A stretch of DNA of 46,364 nucleotides from an uncultured Christensenella sp. (GTDB lineage: Bacteria; Bacillota; Clostridia; Christensenellales; UBA1242), in NCBI GenBank assembly GCA_905203645.1, contig CAJKWP010000001.1:1-46364 (forward strand), read 5' to 3'. The stretch's first letter is position 1, and each line of letters opens with the position of its first letter. Both the position numbers and the translations under genes were made by a program. Shown here piece after piece: positions 18,468 through 29,530 of this stretch. The notes below the pieces were generated by a model that was not told the origin of the DNA, ran no database searches, and saw only the letters and a program-made list of their open reading frames with translations.

Positions 18468-19239
18468 CGTAGTTTTCGTATGTTTAGCAACGATTTTAAC
18501 GTTGCTTTTTACCGTGTTTTCTGTAAAAAGTATAGAGTATGTTCCGCATAACAAAAACAACATTGACACCTCCTCATTGCAAGTAAACAAAGGTGGTGTG
18601 GTGTTCTTTTTGGACAAGCACAAAATAGAAGATGAAATCCAAAACCAAAACCCACTTATCGACGTGATTAACGTTGAAATAAAATTTCCAAATAAATTGG
18701 TTGTTCACTTTGCTCAACGTGAAGAATTGTTTGCAATAAAAGACAATACAAAAGATACTTTTTATATTTGTGACGAAGATTTTTATGTTGTGAATGTGAT
18801 AAACAGTGCAACTTACGATTCTGTTCAATCAAATGCGGTGTTGATTGAAAACACAAATTTTGATTTTTTACACAAGATTATCAAAGCAGGTGACAGGTTG
18901 TTGTTTTTGGACAAGTCTGACTTGATTTGCAAATTGTCTGATGCATTTTTGCTGAACAATCGTGATATAACCGAGCAAAAGGCTTTGATAAAAAATATAA
19001 AAATTGATTACAGTGACACGCAAGAAATAATATATGACGATGGCGATATAATTTCACTTTACACACATGACGATTTCTTGATAAAAATCTATGCGCCAAA
19101 TTCAAAATTAAATACAAAAATTCAATCTGCGCTTGCATCACTTTCGTTCTGTGTGCCAGATTATTTGAATACACACTATTTGGAAGTTTTGCAAGACGAC
19201 CAGGGTGAAGTGTTTTGCAAATTGTCAATCAAATCTTGA
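18439..19239 (+). CDS. ftsQ: cell division protein FtsQ/DivIB (POTRA)
   Basis: 266 aa. N-terminal TM anchor and a POTRA-like segment (IDVINVEIKFPNKLVVHFAQREELFAI). Lies directly upstream of ftsA-ftsZ. The TTG start overlaps the murA end and is uncertain. Confidence 0.7.
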   Translation: MKKKAIIISSVVFVCLATILTLLFTVFSVKSIEYVPHNKNNIDTSSLQVNKGGVVFFLDKHKIEDEIQNQNPLIDVINVEIKFPNKLVVHFAQREELFAIKDNTKDTFYICDEDFYVVNVINSATYDSVQSNAVLIENTNFDFLHKIIKAGDRLLFLDKSDLICKLSDAFLLNNRDITEQKALIKNIKIDYSDTQEIIYDDGDIISLYTHDDFLIKIYAPNSKLNTKIQSALASLSFCVPDYLNTHYLEVLQDDQGEVFCKLSIKS

Positions 19240-19247
19240 AAAAAGTG

Positions 19248-19276
19248 TTGACATAATATTTTTGAACGCTTATAAT
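19248..19276 (+). promoter_or_regulatory. consensus sigma-70-type promoter upstream of ftsA
   Basis: TTGACA (19248-19253), 17 nt, TATAAT (19271-19276). Confidence 0.65.
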
Positions 19277-19349
19277 TATAAAAAAAATGTTATATTTATG
19301 CATTTTGTAACAAAAAGTCACAATTAACTAGAGGAGAAAAATTTTTGAA

Positions 19350-20489
19350 ATGAAAAAACTTGCAGTTTTGGATATTGGCTCATCAAAAATAAGGGTTGCA
19401 GTGATAAGTGCTAACGCGAAAACCTTTTCTGTTGTTGGTTATGGTGAATGTGAATATGCTGGTTTTTGTGAAGGCAATTTTTTGGAAGAAGATGGATTGA
19501 AATATGCGTTTGGTTTGGCTTTAAGCAATGCGGAAGCAAGTGCGAATTTTCATATAAAAGAGTTGTACGTAGGTTTGCCTGCTGAGTTTTTGACCGTTGT
19601 AAACAAAACCGCAACATTGCAACTTGGTGCAAAGCGCAAAGTTTTGCAATCTGATCTTCAAATTCTGTTTGATCAAGCAAATGATTTCAAATATAACACA
19701 GATTTGACTTTGATTGACGTAACAACACTTGAGTATACACTTGACAACGGCAAAAAATTGGATGACCCGGTTGGCAAAAAGACTGAAAAATTGACTGGTG
19801 ATTTGTCTTATCAGTTAGCAAACAGGCAGGTTATAAATTTACTTAACAATGTATTTGAAAATCTTGGTTTGATTTCGGTTGAATATGTTTCAAGCCCTTT
19901 GTGTGAATGCTTGGCGTTGCTTGATGAAAATGCGCGTAAAGATTATGCTTTGATGATTGATTCTGGTTACATATCAACGCATATTGCTATCTGCAGAGGT
20001 GGTGGGCTTGCTTACTTGGGAAGTTTCTCACTTGGTGGGGGACATATTATGGCCGATTTGGCAGAAGTCCTTAAACTTAATTATAACGACGCAGAAACAT
20101 TGAAAAGAAAACTGGTTTTGACTGTTGAAAACAGAGAGCAAACATATGAAATTCCTGGTGGACAACCTGTAAATGCAATTTTGGCAAATGACGTTGCAAA
20201 ATCTCGTATAAGTATGATTTGTCAAGTAATTGAAAAATGCATTGAAATGTCAAACATAAATTATCCAAAATATTTTCCAGTATTTTTGACAGGCGGTGGA
20301 CTTTCAATGATGAAGGGAGTTAAAGAAGAAATTTCAAAAGAACTTGGACGTTCTGTGGAAATTTTGAACAGTAACACACCGCAATTTACAAGACCGTTTA
20401 ATACGTCGTTGACGTCAATTTGTCAAATGGCATTTGAAAAAAATAAAAAAGCGAACAATTCAATATTGTCAAAAATTTTTAAAAGATAA
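19350..20489 (+). CDS. ftsA: cell division protein FtsA
   Basis: 379 aa. Actin-fold phosphate motifs [10 protein letters not shown] and [13 protein letters not shown] near the C-terminal half. Confidence 0.9.
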   Translation: MKKLAVLDIGSSKIRVAVISANAKTFSVVGYGECEYAGFCEGNFLEEDGLKYAFGLALSNAEASANFHIKELYVGLPAEFLTVVNKTATLQLGAKRKVLQSDLQILFDQANDFKYNTDLTLIDVTTLEYTLDNGKKLDDPVGKKTEKLTGDLSYQLANRQVINLLNNVFENLGLISVEYVSSPLCECLALLDENARKDYALMIDSGYISTHIAICRGGGLAYLGSFSLGGGHIMADLAEVLKLNYNDAETLKRKLVLTVENREQTYEIPGGQPVNAILANDVAKSRISMICQVIEKCIEMSNINYPKYFPVFLTGGGLSMMKGVKEEISKELGRSVEILNSNTPQFTRPFNTSLTSICQMAFEKNKKANNSILSKIFKR

Positions 20490-20503
20490 GGAAGGGAGAA
20501 CAA

Positions 20504-21748
20504 ATGTATAATAATAACAATATCAACCAAATTGCAAACATCAAGGTAATTGGTATCGGTGGTGGTGGAAACAATGCTGTCAATCGTATGATCAGTGCCA
20601 ATATTACAAGTGCACAATTTGTTGCGATTAACACCGACAAACAAGCATTGCTCTTGAGCAAGGCAGAATTAAGGCTTCAAATTGGTGAAAAACTTACCAA
20701 AGGTCTTGGCGCTGGTGCTGAACCTGATATTGGTCAAAAAGCAGCAGAAGAAAGCAAGGCAAGCATAAGCGAAATGTTGAAAGATTCTGACCTTGTATTT
20801 ATTACCGCTGGTATGGGTGGTGGTACAGGCACAGGTGCTGCTCCAGTTGTTGCACAAATTGCCAAAGAAATGGGGATATTGACAATCGCAGTTGTAACAA
20901 AACCATTCAATTTCGAAGGTAAAAAGCGTCTTATGAATGCCGAAAGAGGTATTGAAAACCTTAGAAAACACGTTGATACATTGGTAGTTATACCAAACGA
21001 CAAACTTTTGAAGATTGCTCCAAAAGGAACTCCAATCGTTGAAGCGTTCAGGTATGCAGATGACGTGTTAAGACAAGGTATCCAAGGTATCTCTGATCTT
21101 ATTGTTACTCCAAGTCTTATCAATCTTGACTTTGCCGACGTACGTTCAATCATGAAAAATCGTGGTCTTGCACATATGGGTATCGGTCACGGCAAGGGTG
21201 AAAACAAAACTTTGGAAGCTGTTCGTCAAGCAGTTTCAAGTCCACTTTTGGAAACAACAATCGAAGGTGCAACTGGTGTGCTTTTGAATGTAAAGGGTGG
21301 TATGGATTTACCATTGGATGAAGTTTACGAAGCAGCTGACCTTGTAAAAGGCGTTGTTGATGCAGATTGTAACATCATATTTGGTTCTGGAATTGACGAA
21401 TCAATGAACGACGAAGTGGAAATCACGATTATCGCTACGGGATTTGCTGGCAGTGGAATTTTGGAAGAAAAGGAAAAAGAAAATCCTATTGAAAAAAATG
21501 TAAGAGCATTTTCAAATTTTGAAACAAAAAAAGATTTTGCTGGAACAGATATTTTTGGAAGACCTTTGCAACAACAATCTGAACAACAAGTTCAACAACA
21601 ACCCGCTTCACAACAACCACTTTATACAAATGAAAGACCACAAATTTCAGCTGAAGCGGTTCAGCATGCTGATGGAACACCATCTTCAAGAATACATATT
21701 GAAAATTCGGATATTCCTCCATTTTTGCAAAGACTCAAAAAATTATAA
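20504..21748 (+). CDS. ftsZ: cell division protein FtsZ
   Basis: 414 aa. [10 protein letters not shown] and the tubulin signature [12 protein letters not shown]. Gln-rich linker and conserved C-terminal DIPPFLQR peptide. Confidence 0.97.
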   Translation: MYNNNNINQIANIKVIGIGGGGNNAVNRMISANITSAQFVAINTDKQALLLSKAELRLQIGEKLTKGLGAGAEPDIGQKAAEESKASISEMLKDSDLVFITAGMGGGTGTGAAPVVAQIAKEMGILTIAVVTKPFNFEGKKRLMNAERGIENLRKHVDTLVVIPNDKLLKIAPKGTPIVEAFRYADDVLRQGIQGISDLIVTPSLINLDFADVRSIMKNRGLAHMGIGHGKGENKTLEAVRQAVSSPLLETTIEGATGVLLNVKGGMDLPLDEVYEAADLVKGVVDADCNIIFGSGIDESMNDEVEITIIATGFAGSGILEEKEKENPIEKNVRAFSNFETKKDFAGTDIFGRPLQQQSEQQVQQQPASQQPLYTNERPQISAEAVQHADGTPSSRIHIENSDIPPFLQRLKKL

Positions 21749-21767
21749 TTGCAAACAAAACTTGAAC

Positions 21768-21792
21768 CAGCCATAATATATGGCTGTTTTTT
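21768..21792 (+). terminator. rho-independent terminator after ftsZ
   Basis: CAGCCAT (21768-21774), aatat loop, ATGGCTG (21780-21786), then T6. Confidence 0.8.
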
Positions 21793-21958
21793 GTTAAAGA
21801 AATACAATTTGAAATTCAATTTTGTTTTTGGCATTGTTGACGTGGAGTTAATGGGGATAAGAGTTGTTATAATAAATTTTTTTAGAAGAATTTTTATCAA
21901 CAAGTAAAATTATTTGATAAAAAAAATCAATTATGATATATTAAATAATATAAATAGT

Positions 21959-24292
21959 ATGAGAGGCAAAAATCCATTTATAGTGTCCTCAGACACAACA
22001 TACAGGGTTACGGTACCGATGCTTATACTTGCAGTGGTATTGCTCCTTGCTGGATGGGGATTTTTGCCTTTTTCTTTAAACCAGACTTACGCAGCAAGTT
22101 ATTGGTCTAGTTATTATGCTTCAAGTTTTGCTGGTGGAACTGGTTCTCAAAGCAATCCGTATTTGATTTCGACACCTGAACAACTTGCACGTGTGGCGCA
22201 TGTGACAAACAGTAGTTATTATTCTAAATCTTATACCAACAAATATTTCAAATTGACAAACAACATAAATTTGTTAAAGGTTGACAGCAGTGGCAACTTT
22301 GTATTGTGGAAGCCGATTGGAACTTCTACATATCCTTTTTCTGGTCATTTTGATGGTTGTGGATACGAAATCTCTGGTATGCGTATAAAAGATTTTTATA
22401 GCAGCAGTGGTGCACAAGGATTTTTTGGGTGTGTGTACGTAAAAACTGAAAACAGCGTAAGTATAGAAAATGTAAAAATTTCTGGTTCGATTTCAACAAC
22501 CGCATCAATCAATGCTGAAAAAGTCGGTATTGGCGGTTTGATAGGATTTATGGACGGTCTTTATGATATTCAAATTTCAAAAGTGTCAATGAATGTGAAT
22601 ATAAATACACCAAATTCTTTAAATGTTGGCGGACTGATAGGTATTGGTAGCGGTGGTCAGTATGATCAATGCATGAATCAAGCGAATATCATAGCAAAAA
22701 CAAACGTTGGCGGATTGATTGGTCAATCTTGCAGGGTAAGAAGAACAGTAACTGCAAACGGAAAAACTATGACAGTTTCCTCATTATTGAGAATGGAAAA
22801 TTGTTATAATATTGGCAAAATCTCTGTCAATGTAAGCGGCGGGAGTTCTATCGGTGGTTTGATAGGATACATATATGGTTCTTCGACAGACAGCAATATA
22901 GCATATATATATGCTAGTTATAATGGTGGCAATATCGAAGGCGGAACTTCATATCTTAATCCAGCATCAGATGTTGGAGGAATTATCGGCAATGGTGGTA
23001 CTGATACAAACATAGGGATTTCAAACAGTTTCAACAATGCGCGAATTAAAGGTGGAACCAATACAGGTGGCATCATAGGTGGTTTGAGTGGTTGTGCACC
23101 AGATTATTCAAGATCACTAAGATATTGTTATAACTTTGGCAATGTAACAAGTACGAGTAGTGCTTGTGGTGGAATTGTTGGCAGTGTTAATGATAGATTG
23201 GATTTGGTTTCAAATTGCTTTAACGAAGGAAAGGTTGAGGCAACTGGTTCTGCAGGTGGAATAATTGGTTCTTTTTATGGTGTAAATTCATCATCCAATC
23301 TTTTGTATGTCAATAAAAACACAAACATCGGAACGGTTATTGCACAAAGTAATTATTCTGGTGGAATAGTGGGATATGTTAGTCCAAGTACAAAATCAGC
23401 TGAAGTAACAATATTAACTTGTTTGAATAAGAGCGTGAATGGTAGTTATATCAAAGCAAAATTCTATTCTGGCGGTATTGTGGGATATCTAAGTGGTAGA
23501 TCTACAGATTTGATAATAAGAAATTGTAGCAATGAGTCAATAATAGATTGTTCCTTGGTCGCAGGTGGTATTGCGGGCTATATAAATGCACCTTATTACG
23601 AAAAAACAACAGATAGTTGGGTCGGAATAGTTGAAAATTGTGTAAATAAAACGCAAGTAGGAAGATGCACTCGAAAGAATGGTGATGCAAATATATTTGA
23701 TACACCAAATAGTTCTGACATACAGTCTATAGCAAATGAACTTGGTAAACAGGGGCTGTATTATGGTGGGATTCTTGGATACAATGCTGTAGACAGTGTA
23801 AAAGTAACCAATTGTTTGAATTTATTTAATAATTTTCCTGTTATAAATACAGATCCAAACTTGGCTTGGGAAACTGAAAAACCTAAATTGGTTGTTACGG
23901 GACAATATGTGGGGCAAATAATTGGCAGAAATACCAGCGATAGTTCACCAACTGGTATAAATTATTTTGTAATTGAAAAAAGTCCATATATGATATCTTA
24001 TGCATATGGGAATAGCGGTGATGAACAAACCAAGGGGTCTTTATGGAACAAAAGATATCGTATTGTTTATGGTGTAAATGTATCAAATGGACTCGAAGCT
24101 CAAAGTCGTACATCGTCTGTGTACACTAATGATTATATAGACAAAAATTTTCTTGTTTTAAGTTTGCCATCAGATAGTTGCAGTTTGTATAATTGGCGTG
24201 ATAGGTTAAATATAGTTTCCAAGCCTGTTTGGGCATACGGAAATGACAATATCAACAATGGATTGCCATACTTCAAGGATTGGTATTGGTAA
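21959..24292 (+). CDS. secreted GLUG-motif repeat protein (predicted beta-helix surface protein)
   Basis: About 777 aa from the ATG at 21959 (the track ORF begins at TTG 21914). Signal/TM segment MLILAVVLLLAGWGFLPFSLNQTYA. At least 12 repeats of G-G-[LI]-[IVAL]-G (VGGLIG, TGGIIG, SGGIVG, etc.). N-terminal G..SNPY.I.T.EQL...FSGHFDG module typical of GLUG proteins. Confidence 0.7.
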   Translation: MRGKNPFIVSSDTTYRVTVPMLILAVVLLLAGWGFLPFSLNQTYAASYWSSYYASSFAGGTGSQSNPYLISTPEQLARVAHVTNSSYYSKSYTNKYFKLTNNINLLKVDSSGNFVLWKPIGTSTYPFSGHFDGCGYEISGMRIKDFYSSSGAQGFFGCVYVKTENSVSIENVKISGSISTTASINAEKVGIGGLIGFMDGLYDIQISKVSMNVNINTPNSLNVGGLIGIGSGGQYDQCMNQANIIAKTNVGGLIGQSCRVRRTVTANGKTMTVSSLLRMENCYNIGKISVNVSGGSSIGGLIGYIYGSSTDSNIAYIYASYNGGNIEGGTSYLNPASDVGGIIGNGGTDTNIGISNSFNNARIKGGTNTGGIIGGLSGCAPDYSRSLRYCYNFGNVTSTSSACGGIVGSVNDRLDLVSNCFNEGKVEATGSAGGIIGSFYGVNSSSNLLYVNKNTNIGTVIAQSNYSGGIVGYVSPSTKSAEVTILTCLNKSVNGSYIKAKFYSGGIVGYLSGRSTDLIIRNCSNESIIDCSLVAGGIAGYINAPYYEKTTDSWVGIVENCVNKTQVGRCTRKNGDANIFDTPNSSDIQSIANELGKQGLYYGGILGYNAVDSVKVTNCLNLFNNFPVINTDPNLAWETEKPKLVVTGQYVGQIIGRNTSDSSPTGINYFVIEKSPYMISYAYGNSGDEQTKGSLWNKRYRIVYGVNVSNGLEAQSRTSSVYTNDYIDKNFLVLSLPSDSCSLYNWRDRLNIVSKPVWAYGNDNINNGLPYFKDWYW

Positions 24293-24313
24293 AAGCGGCA
24301 AACTTTTTATAAA

Positions 24314-24350
24314 CAAAAAAACAAGTCGGATGACGTCCGACTTGTTTTTA
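24314..24350. terminator. bidirectional rho-independent terminator after the GLUG gene
   Basis: ACAAGTCGGA (24321-24330), tgacg loop, TCCGACTTGT (24336-24345). A-run before, T-run after. Confidence 0.85.
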
Positions 24351-24435
24351 AGTAAGATAATCTTGAAAACGTTTTGTTTTTGATTATATCTTACGTTTTT
24401 ATTATGTGCTGAAACATTTTGAATATACATTTTTT

Positions 24436-24466
24436 TCAAAAAAAAATCCCAACTTTTAAGTTGGGA
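24436..24466 (-). terminator. rho-independent terminator of rpsU
   Basis: TCCCAAC (24447-24453) pairs with GTTGGGA (24460-24466). The A9 run at 24438-24446 gives the T-run on the - strand. Confidence 0.8.
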
Positions 24467-24472
24467 AGGAGT

Positions 24473-24655
24473 TTAACCTCTTTTTCTTGCTTTTTTTCTT
24501 GCTGCCTCAGATTTCTTTTTGCGTTTTACGCTTGGTTTATCATAAGCTTCTTTCTTTCTCAAATCGCCGATGATACCGTCTTTTTGGCATTTTCTTTTGA
24601 ATCTTTTCAAAGCACTTTCCAAACTTTCGTTTTCGCCGACTTTGACTGTGGTCAT
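24473..24655 (-). CDS. rpsU: 30S ribosomal protein S21
   Basis: 60 aa from the ATG at 24655 (RBS AAAGGTGGTGA). [29 protein letters not shown]... Confidence 0.93.
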   Translation of the reverse strand: MTTVKVGENESLESALKRFKRKCQKDGIIGDLRKKEAYDKPSVKRKKKSEAARKKARKRG

Positions 24656-24691
24656 ACTTTCACCACCTTTTAATGAACAATTTTCCTTGGT

Positions 24692-24720
24692 ATTATATAC
24701 AAAAAACACTGTTGTGTCAA
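24692..24720 (-). promoter_or_regulatory. consensus promoter of rpsU
   Basis: The - strand reads TTGACA (24720-24715), 17 nt, TATAAT (24697-24692). Confidence 0.65.
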
Positions 24721-24840
24721 GGATTAAGTAGAAAAATATTCTAAAAAAAAAGAAAAATATTTTGATGCAATTTGGGTTAAGTTTACAAAAACATTTGTCG
24801 AATATGGCAAAATTTTATATAATAGTCCAAAGGAAATTTT

Positions 24841-26376
24841 ATGTTATCAAAAGTTCTTAGTTATGGTATTTTGGGATTGGATGGTTATCCTGTTTCTGTT
24901 GAGGTTGATATTTCGGGTGGTCTTCCAGGTGTAGACTTGGTAGGACTTGCAGACACTGCTGTGAAAGAAGCGAAAGAAAGAGTTAAATCTGCAATAAAAA
25001 ACAGTGGACTAGAATATCCAATCAACAAAATTACGATAAATTTGGCACCAGCAGACAAAAAGAAAGCTGGGCCACTTTATGACATGGCTATTGCAGTCGC
25101 AATACTTTCTGCTATTGGAAAAATTGATTTTGAAAACACCAAAGACATTGTTTTTTTGGGCGAATTATCACTGGATGGTTCTGTAAAAAAAGTTAATGGT
25201 GTTCTGCCAATAATAATTTCAGCCAGGGAAAATGGATACAAAAAAATTGTTATTCCTGAAGAAAATTGCAAAGAAGCAAGTTATATCGAAGGATTGGACA
25301 TATATACCGTTTCAAATTTGAAAGATTTGGTTTTGATGCTGAATGGCGAAAAAGTATGGAACAAGGTTAAGACGACAGATTATCAAGTATTGAAACAACA
25401 AACAAACAATGAGAGTTTTGATTTCAAGTATGTAAAAGGACAACAAAGTGCCAAAAGGGCAATGGAGATTGCAGCGGCTGGCGGGCACAATATGATTATG
25501 ATAGGTCCACCAGGCAGTGGAAAAACAATGCTTGCAAAATGCTTTCCAACTATTTTGCCAGACATGACGTTTGACGAAGCATTGGAAGTAACAAAAATTC
25601 ACAGTGTTTCGGGCAATCTTGACAACAATCAAGGTATAATTTTGAAAAGACCTTTCCGTACACCACATCATACCACTACAAAGATAGCGTTGATTGGTGG
25701 AAACAAAAATGCAACTCCAGGTGAGGTGTCATTGGCGCACAATGGGGTATTGTTTTTGGATGAAATGCCAGAATATGACCGTAAAACAATCGAAACATTG
25801 CGTCAACCACTTGAAGATGGTGTGATAACAGTTTCACGAGCTATGCTTTCAGTTACATATCCAGCATCATTTACTTTGATTGGAAGCATGAATCCTTGCC
25901 CATGTGGATACTATGGCAGTTCTGCCAAGATCTGTAAATGTTCGCCTGCACAAGTTCACAATTATTTAAGCAAGTTAAGTGGACCACTTATGGACAGAAT
26001 TGATTTGCATATTGAAGTGGACAATATCACTTATGATGATTTACACAGCGATTTTGAAGAAGAGCCATCATGTGCGATAAAAGAAAGGGTGGACAGGGCA
26101 AGAAAAATTCAAACAGAAAGATTTGCTGGAACCAATGTTCATTGCAACAGTAAAATGAATGTTGCAATGACAAAAAAATATTGTGCTTTATCTGAGGATT
26201 GCAACGAACTTTTGAAACTTGCATTCGAAAATTTGAATTTAAGTGCAAGAGCACATGATAAAATATTGAAAGTAGCCAGAACTATTGCAGATTTGGATGG
26301 ATGCAAGGATATTCAAGTTGAACATATAGCTGAAGCTATTCAATACAGATCATTGGACAACAAATATAAGGCGTAG
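24841..26376 (+). CDS. comM: YifB/ComM family Mg-chelatase-like AAA+ ATPase
   Basis: 511 aa. N-terminal Lon-protease-like domain. Walker A GPPGSGKTMLAK and Walker B VLFLDEMPE. Cys cluster CPCGYYGS..CKCS. Confidence 0.9.
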   Translation: MLSKVLSYGILGLDGYPVSVEVDISGGLPGVDLVGLADTAVKEAKERVKSAIKNSGLEYPINKITINLAPADKKKAGPLYDMAIAVAILSAIGKIDFENTKDIVFLGELSLDGSVKKVNGVLPIIISARENGYKKIVIPEENCKEASYIEGLDIYTVSNLKDLVLMLNGEKVWNKVKTTDYQVLKQQTNNESFDFKYVKGQQSAKRAMEIAAAGGHNMIMIGPPGSGKTMLAKCFPTILPDMTFDEALEVTKIHSVSGNLDNNQGIILKRPFRTPHHTTTKIALIGGNKNATPGEVSLAHNGVLFLDEMPEYDRKTIETLRQPLEDGVITVSRAMLSVTYPASFTLIGSMNPCPCGYYGSSAKICKCSPAQVHNYLSKLSGPLMDRIDLHIEVDNITYDDLHSDFEEEPSCAIKERVDRARKIQTERFAGTNVHCNSKMNVAMTKKYCALSEDCNELLKLAFENLNLSARAHDKILKVARTIADLDGCKDIQVEHIAEAIQYRSLDNKYKA

Positions 26377-26385
26377 GTGCAGATT

Positions 26386-27462
26386 ATGACAGATGAAGAA
26401 AAGATTTATGTATGGCTTTGCAGTTTTGAATTTGTGGTTGCAAAAAAATGTCATATATTAAAAGAATTTTATGGTTCAGCAAAAAATATTTTTGCCGCAT
26501 TTGAAAAATGTGATCCAGAATTATATAACATTTTCCCACAAGAGCATGTTGATAAGATGTGTCAACTTGCAGACATAAATTATATAAACAATTATCTTAA
26601 AAACTTACAGAATTTGGGAGTTGAAGCAATAACATTTGTTGATCCCAGATATCCACAAAAACTTTTACAAACAAACGATTATCCTTTTGTTTTGTACTGT
26701 AAGGGTGATTTGTCGTTGCTTAATTCAAGATGCATAGCTGTTGTTGGCACACGTAATCCAGGGATATATGGAAAAACGATAACTTATGACATTTCAAAAG
26801 GACTTGCAAGGGCTGGGCTTACAATCGTAAGTGGTATGGCAATTGGTGTAGACAGCATTTCGCACAAAGCAAGTTTGGAAGCAGGTGGAAGAACAATTGC
26901 TGTATTGCCTAATGGTTTTAACAATATATATCCCAAAATTAATGAAAACATTTGTCACGAAATAGAAAAGAAAAATTTGGTGATTACAGAATATCCACCA
27001 AATGTAAGGGCGATGAAATTTACTTTTGTTGCACGCAACAGAATTATCGCTGGACTAAGTGATGGTGTTGTTATAACAGCAGGGTCAAAAAAGAGTGGAG
27101 CACTTTATACAAAAGAATTTGCCTATGATTACAATCGAAATGTCTATGCTGTACCTGGGAATATAAGCAGTGCAGAAAGTGAAGGACCCAATATGCTCAT
27201 TGCCACTTCACAAGCACAAATTGTTTTGGGGTACAAAGATATACTTAAAGACTTTGGTCTGCAAGACAAAACAAAAAAGCAAGTTTTTCAATTATCGTTT
27301 GAAGAACAACAGATTGTGGATAGTCTTAAAAACCAACCACAATATTTTGATAACTTGCAAATTTTAACAAAAATTGAGTCAAAAAAACTTAACAGTTATT
27401 TGACAACAATGGTAATTCGTGGAATAATAAAAAAGTTGCCAGGAAACATGTTTTCCTTGTGA
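26386..27462 (+). CDS. dprA: DNA processing protein DprA (Smf)
   Basis: Rossmann-like DprA core IAVVGTRNPG.YG...GMAIGVDS.SHK. ATG at 26386 (a GTG at 26377 is also in frame). Confidence 0.9.
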   Translation: MTDEEKIYVWLCSFEFVVAKKCHILKEFYGSAKNIFAAFEKCDPELYNIFPQEHVDKMCQLADINYINNYLKNLQNLGVEAITFVDPRYPQKLLQTNDYPFVLYCKGDLSLLNSRCIAVVGTRNPGIYGKTITYDISKGLARAGLTIVSGMAIGVDSISHKASLEAGGRTIAVLPNGFNNIYPKINENICHEIEKKNLVITEYPPNVRAMKFTFVARNRIIAGLSDGVVITAGSKKSGALYTKEFAYDYNRNVYAVPGNISSAESEGPNMLIATSQAQIVLGYKDILKDFGLQDKTKKQVFQLSFEEQQIVDSLKNQPQYFDNLQILTKIESKKLNSYLTTMVIRGIIKKLPGNMFSL

Positions 27463-27475
27463 CAAGGGAGCAATA

Positions 27476-29530
27476 ATGAAACTTGTTGTGATAGAAGGTC
27501 CTGGTAAACGGGACACAATAAAAAAATATTTGGGCGACAATTATGAAGTTATGGCTACAAAGGGACATGTAAGGGATTTGCCTACTAAAAGCTTTGGAAT
27601 AAACATGAACAACTTTGAACCCGAATATCAAATAATGGCAGACAAAGGCGATATTATAAAACACCTTAAAGATTTGGCTGGAAAGGCTGACGAAGTACTT
27701 TTGGCAACCGACCCTGATCGCGAAGGTGAGGCTATATCATGGCATATTGCAAATATTTTGGGATTTGACAAAGACAAAAAATGCAGGATTGTATTCAACG
27801 AAATTTCAAAGGATACAGTTCAAAATGCATTGAAAAATCCAAGGGCACTTGACCAAAATTTGATTGATGCTCAACAAGCAAGAAGAGTTTTGGACAGAAT
27901 TGTGGGTTACAAAATATCCCCAATTCTTTGCAAAAAAATTCAACCAAAACTCAGTGCAGGTCGTGTTCAAAGCGTTGCACTCAAATTGGTTGTTGAACGT
28001 GAAAACGAAATCGAAAATTTTGTTCCACAAGAATATTGGACTGTAACTGCAAGTCTTAGAAAACAAAAATCAATTTTTAAAGCATATTTGCATTCTTACA
28101 AGGGCAAAAAAGACAGACCCGAATCAAAAGAAAAAGTCGATGAAATATTGGTAAATTTGCAAAATGCTCAATACACAGTCGACAAAGTAAAGAAGACAAA
28201 GACAAAATCAAAAGCTCAACCACCTTTTACGACAAGTACAATGCAACAGGATGCACTTAACAAACTTGGAATGAGCTTGAAAAAGACATCTTCGTGTGCC
28301 CAAATGCTTTACGAAGGTGTTTCCCTTGGAAATGAAGGTAAGGTTGCACTTATAACCTATATAAGGTCAGACAGCACGCGTGTAAGTGAACAAGCTCAAG
28401 CAAGTGCCAGAGATTTTGTAAAACAAAAATACGGTGATAAGTTTGTTCCAACAAAACCAAATATTTATGCTACAAAATCCAATGCGCAGGATGCCCATGA
28501 AGCAATCAGGCCTATCAATATAAAAAGAACGCCTGAAAGTGTTAAAGAGTATTTGACCGCGGATAATTACAAACTTTACAAACTTATTTATGACAGATTT
28601 TTGGCAAGTCAAATGTCCGAAGCAATTTATAACAACGTTGCAGTTGACATAAAAGCAAATGATTGCTTGTTCAAAGCAAGTGGAAAAACCATCGAATTTG
28701 CTGGTTGGACAGCCGTGTACAAAAGTTATGAAGAAGACGAAAACAAAGAAGACAGCGGACTTTTGCCACAACTTGAAGAAAATGAAAATGTAATATTGGA
28801 AAAACTTGTACCAGAGCAAAAATTTACAAAACCACCCCTAAGATACACAGAAGCAAGTTTGGTTAAGGCTATGGAAGAAAAAGGAATAGGAAGACCTGCA
28901 ACTTATGCGCCAACTATCACTTTGCTTGATACAAGAAAATATACAGAAAAAGAAGGAAGATATCTTAAACCCACTGAATTGGGAAGAAAAATCACTGAAT
29001 ACCTTGACCAATTTTTCAAGCAAGTTATCAATGTAAAATTTACCGCTTTTATGGAAAGCAGGCTTGATGATATCGCGGAAAAAGGACAGGAATGGAAAGA
29101 CGTTGTTTCAAGTTTTTGGAACAGTTTCAAAGATTTGCTTTACAAAGCTGACAAGAGCTCTGTAAGTTACAAAACTCCACCTGTTCAGACCGATATATTG
29201 TGCGAAAAGTGCGGAAAACCCATGGTTATTCGTGAAGGAAGATATGGAAAATTTTTGGGTTGTTCAAATTTTCCAGCATGCAAAAATATTCAACCTTTGA
29301 AAGAAGAAGTTAAAACGGCGGGAATTTGTCCAATTTGTCACAAACCAACCGTTATACGAAAAAGCAAGAAGGGCAAAGTGTATTATTCTTGCACAGGATA
29401 TCCTGATTGCAATTTTATGAGTTGGGATGAACCAATTGGTGAAAAATGTCCACAATGTAAAGATGGCTATTTGATAAAAAAGAAAAATCAAATAAGGTGT
29501 AATGCTTGTGAATATAAAAAAGAAAGTTAA
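27476..29530 (+). CDS. topA: DNA topoisomerase I
   Basis: 684 aa. Toprim (VVIEGPGK, DPDREGE). Active-site Tyr region ITYIRSDST. Three C-terminal CxxC...CxxC zinc ribbons. Confidence 0.96.
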   Translation: MKLVVIEGPGKRDTIKKYLGDNYEVMATKGHVRDLPTKSFGINMNNFEPEYQIMADKGDIIKHLKDLAGKADEVLLATDPDREGEAISWHIANILGFDKDKKCRIVFNEISKDTVQNALKNPRALDQNLIDAQQARRVLDRIVGYKISPILCKKIQPKLSAGRVQSVALKLVVERENEIENFVPQEYWTVTASLRKQKSIFKAYLHSYKGKKDRPESKEKVDEILVNLQNAQYTVDKVKKTKTKSKAQPPFTTSTMQQDALNKLGMSLKKTSSCAQMLYEGVSLGNEGKVALITYIRSDSTRVSEQAQASARDFVKQKYGDKFVPTKPNIYATKSNAQDAHEAIRPINIKRTPESVKEYLTADNYKLYKLIYDRFLASQMSEAIYNNVAVDIKANDCLFKASGKTIEFAGWTAVYKSYEEDENKEDSGLLPQLEENENVILEKLVPEQKFTKPPLRYTEASLVKAMEEKGIGRPATYAPTITLLDTRKYTEKEGRYLKPTELGRKITEYLDQFFKQVINVKFTAFMESRLDDIAEKGQEWKDVVSSFWNSFKDLLYKADKSSVSYKTPPVQTDILCEKCGKPMVIREGRYGKFLGCSNFPACKNIQPLKEEVKTAGICPICHKPTVIRKSKKGKVYYSCTGYPDCNFMSWDEPIGEKCPQCKDGYLIKKKNQIRCNACEYKKES

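Noticed and set aside
18057-18623. 188-aa - strand ORF spanning the murA/ftsQ junction
   Set aside because: Antisense to two well-supported + strand genes. No RBS or recognisable motif.
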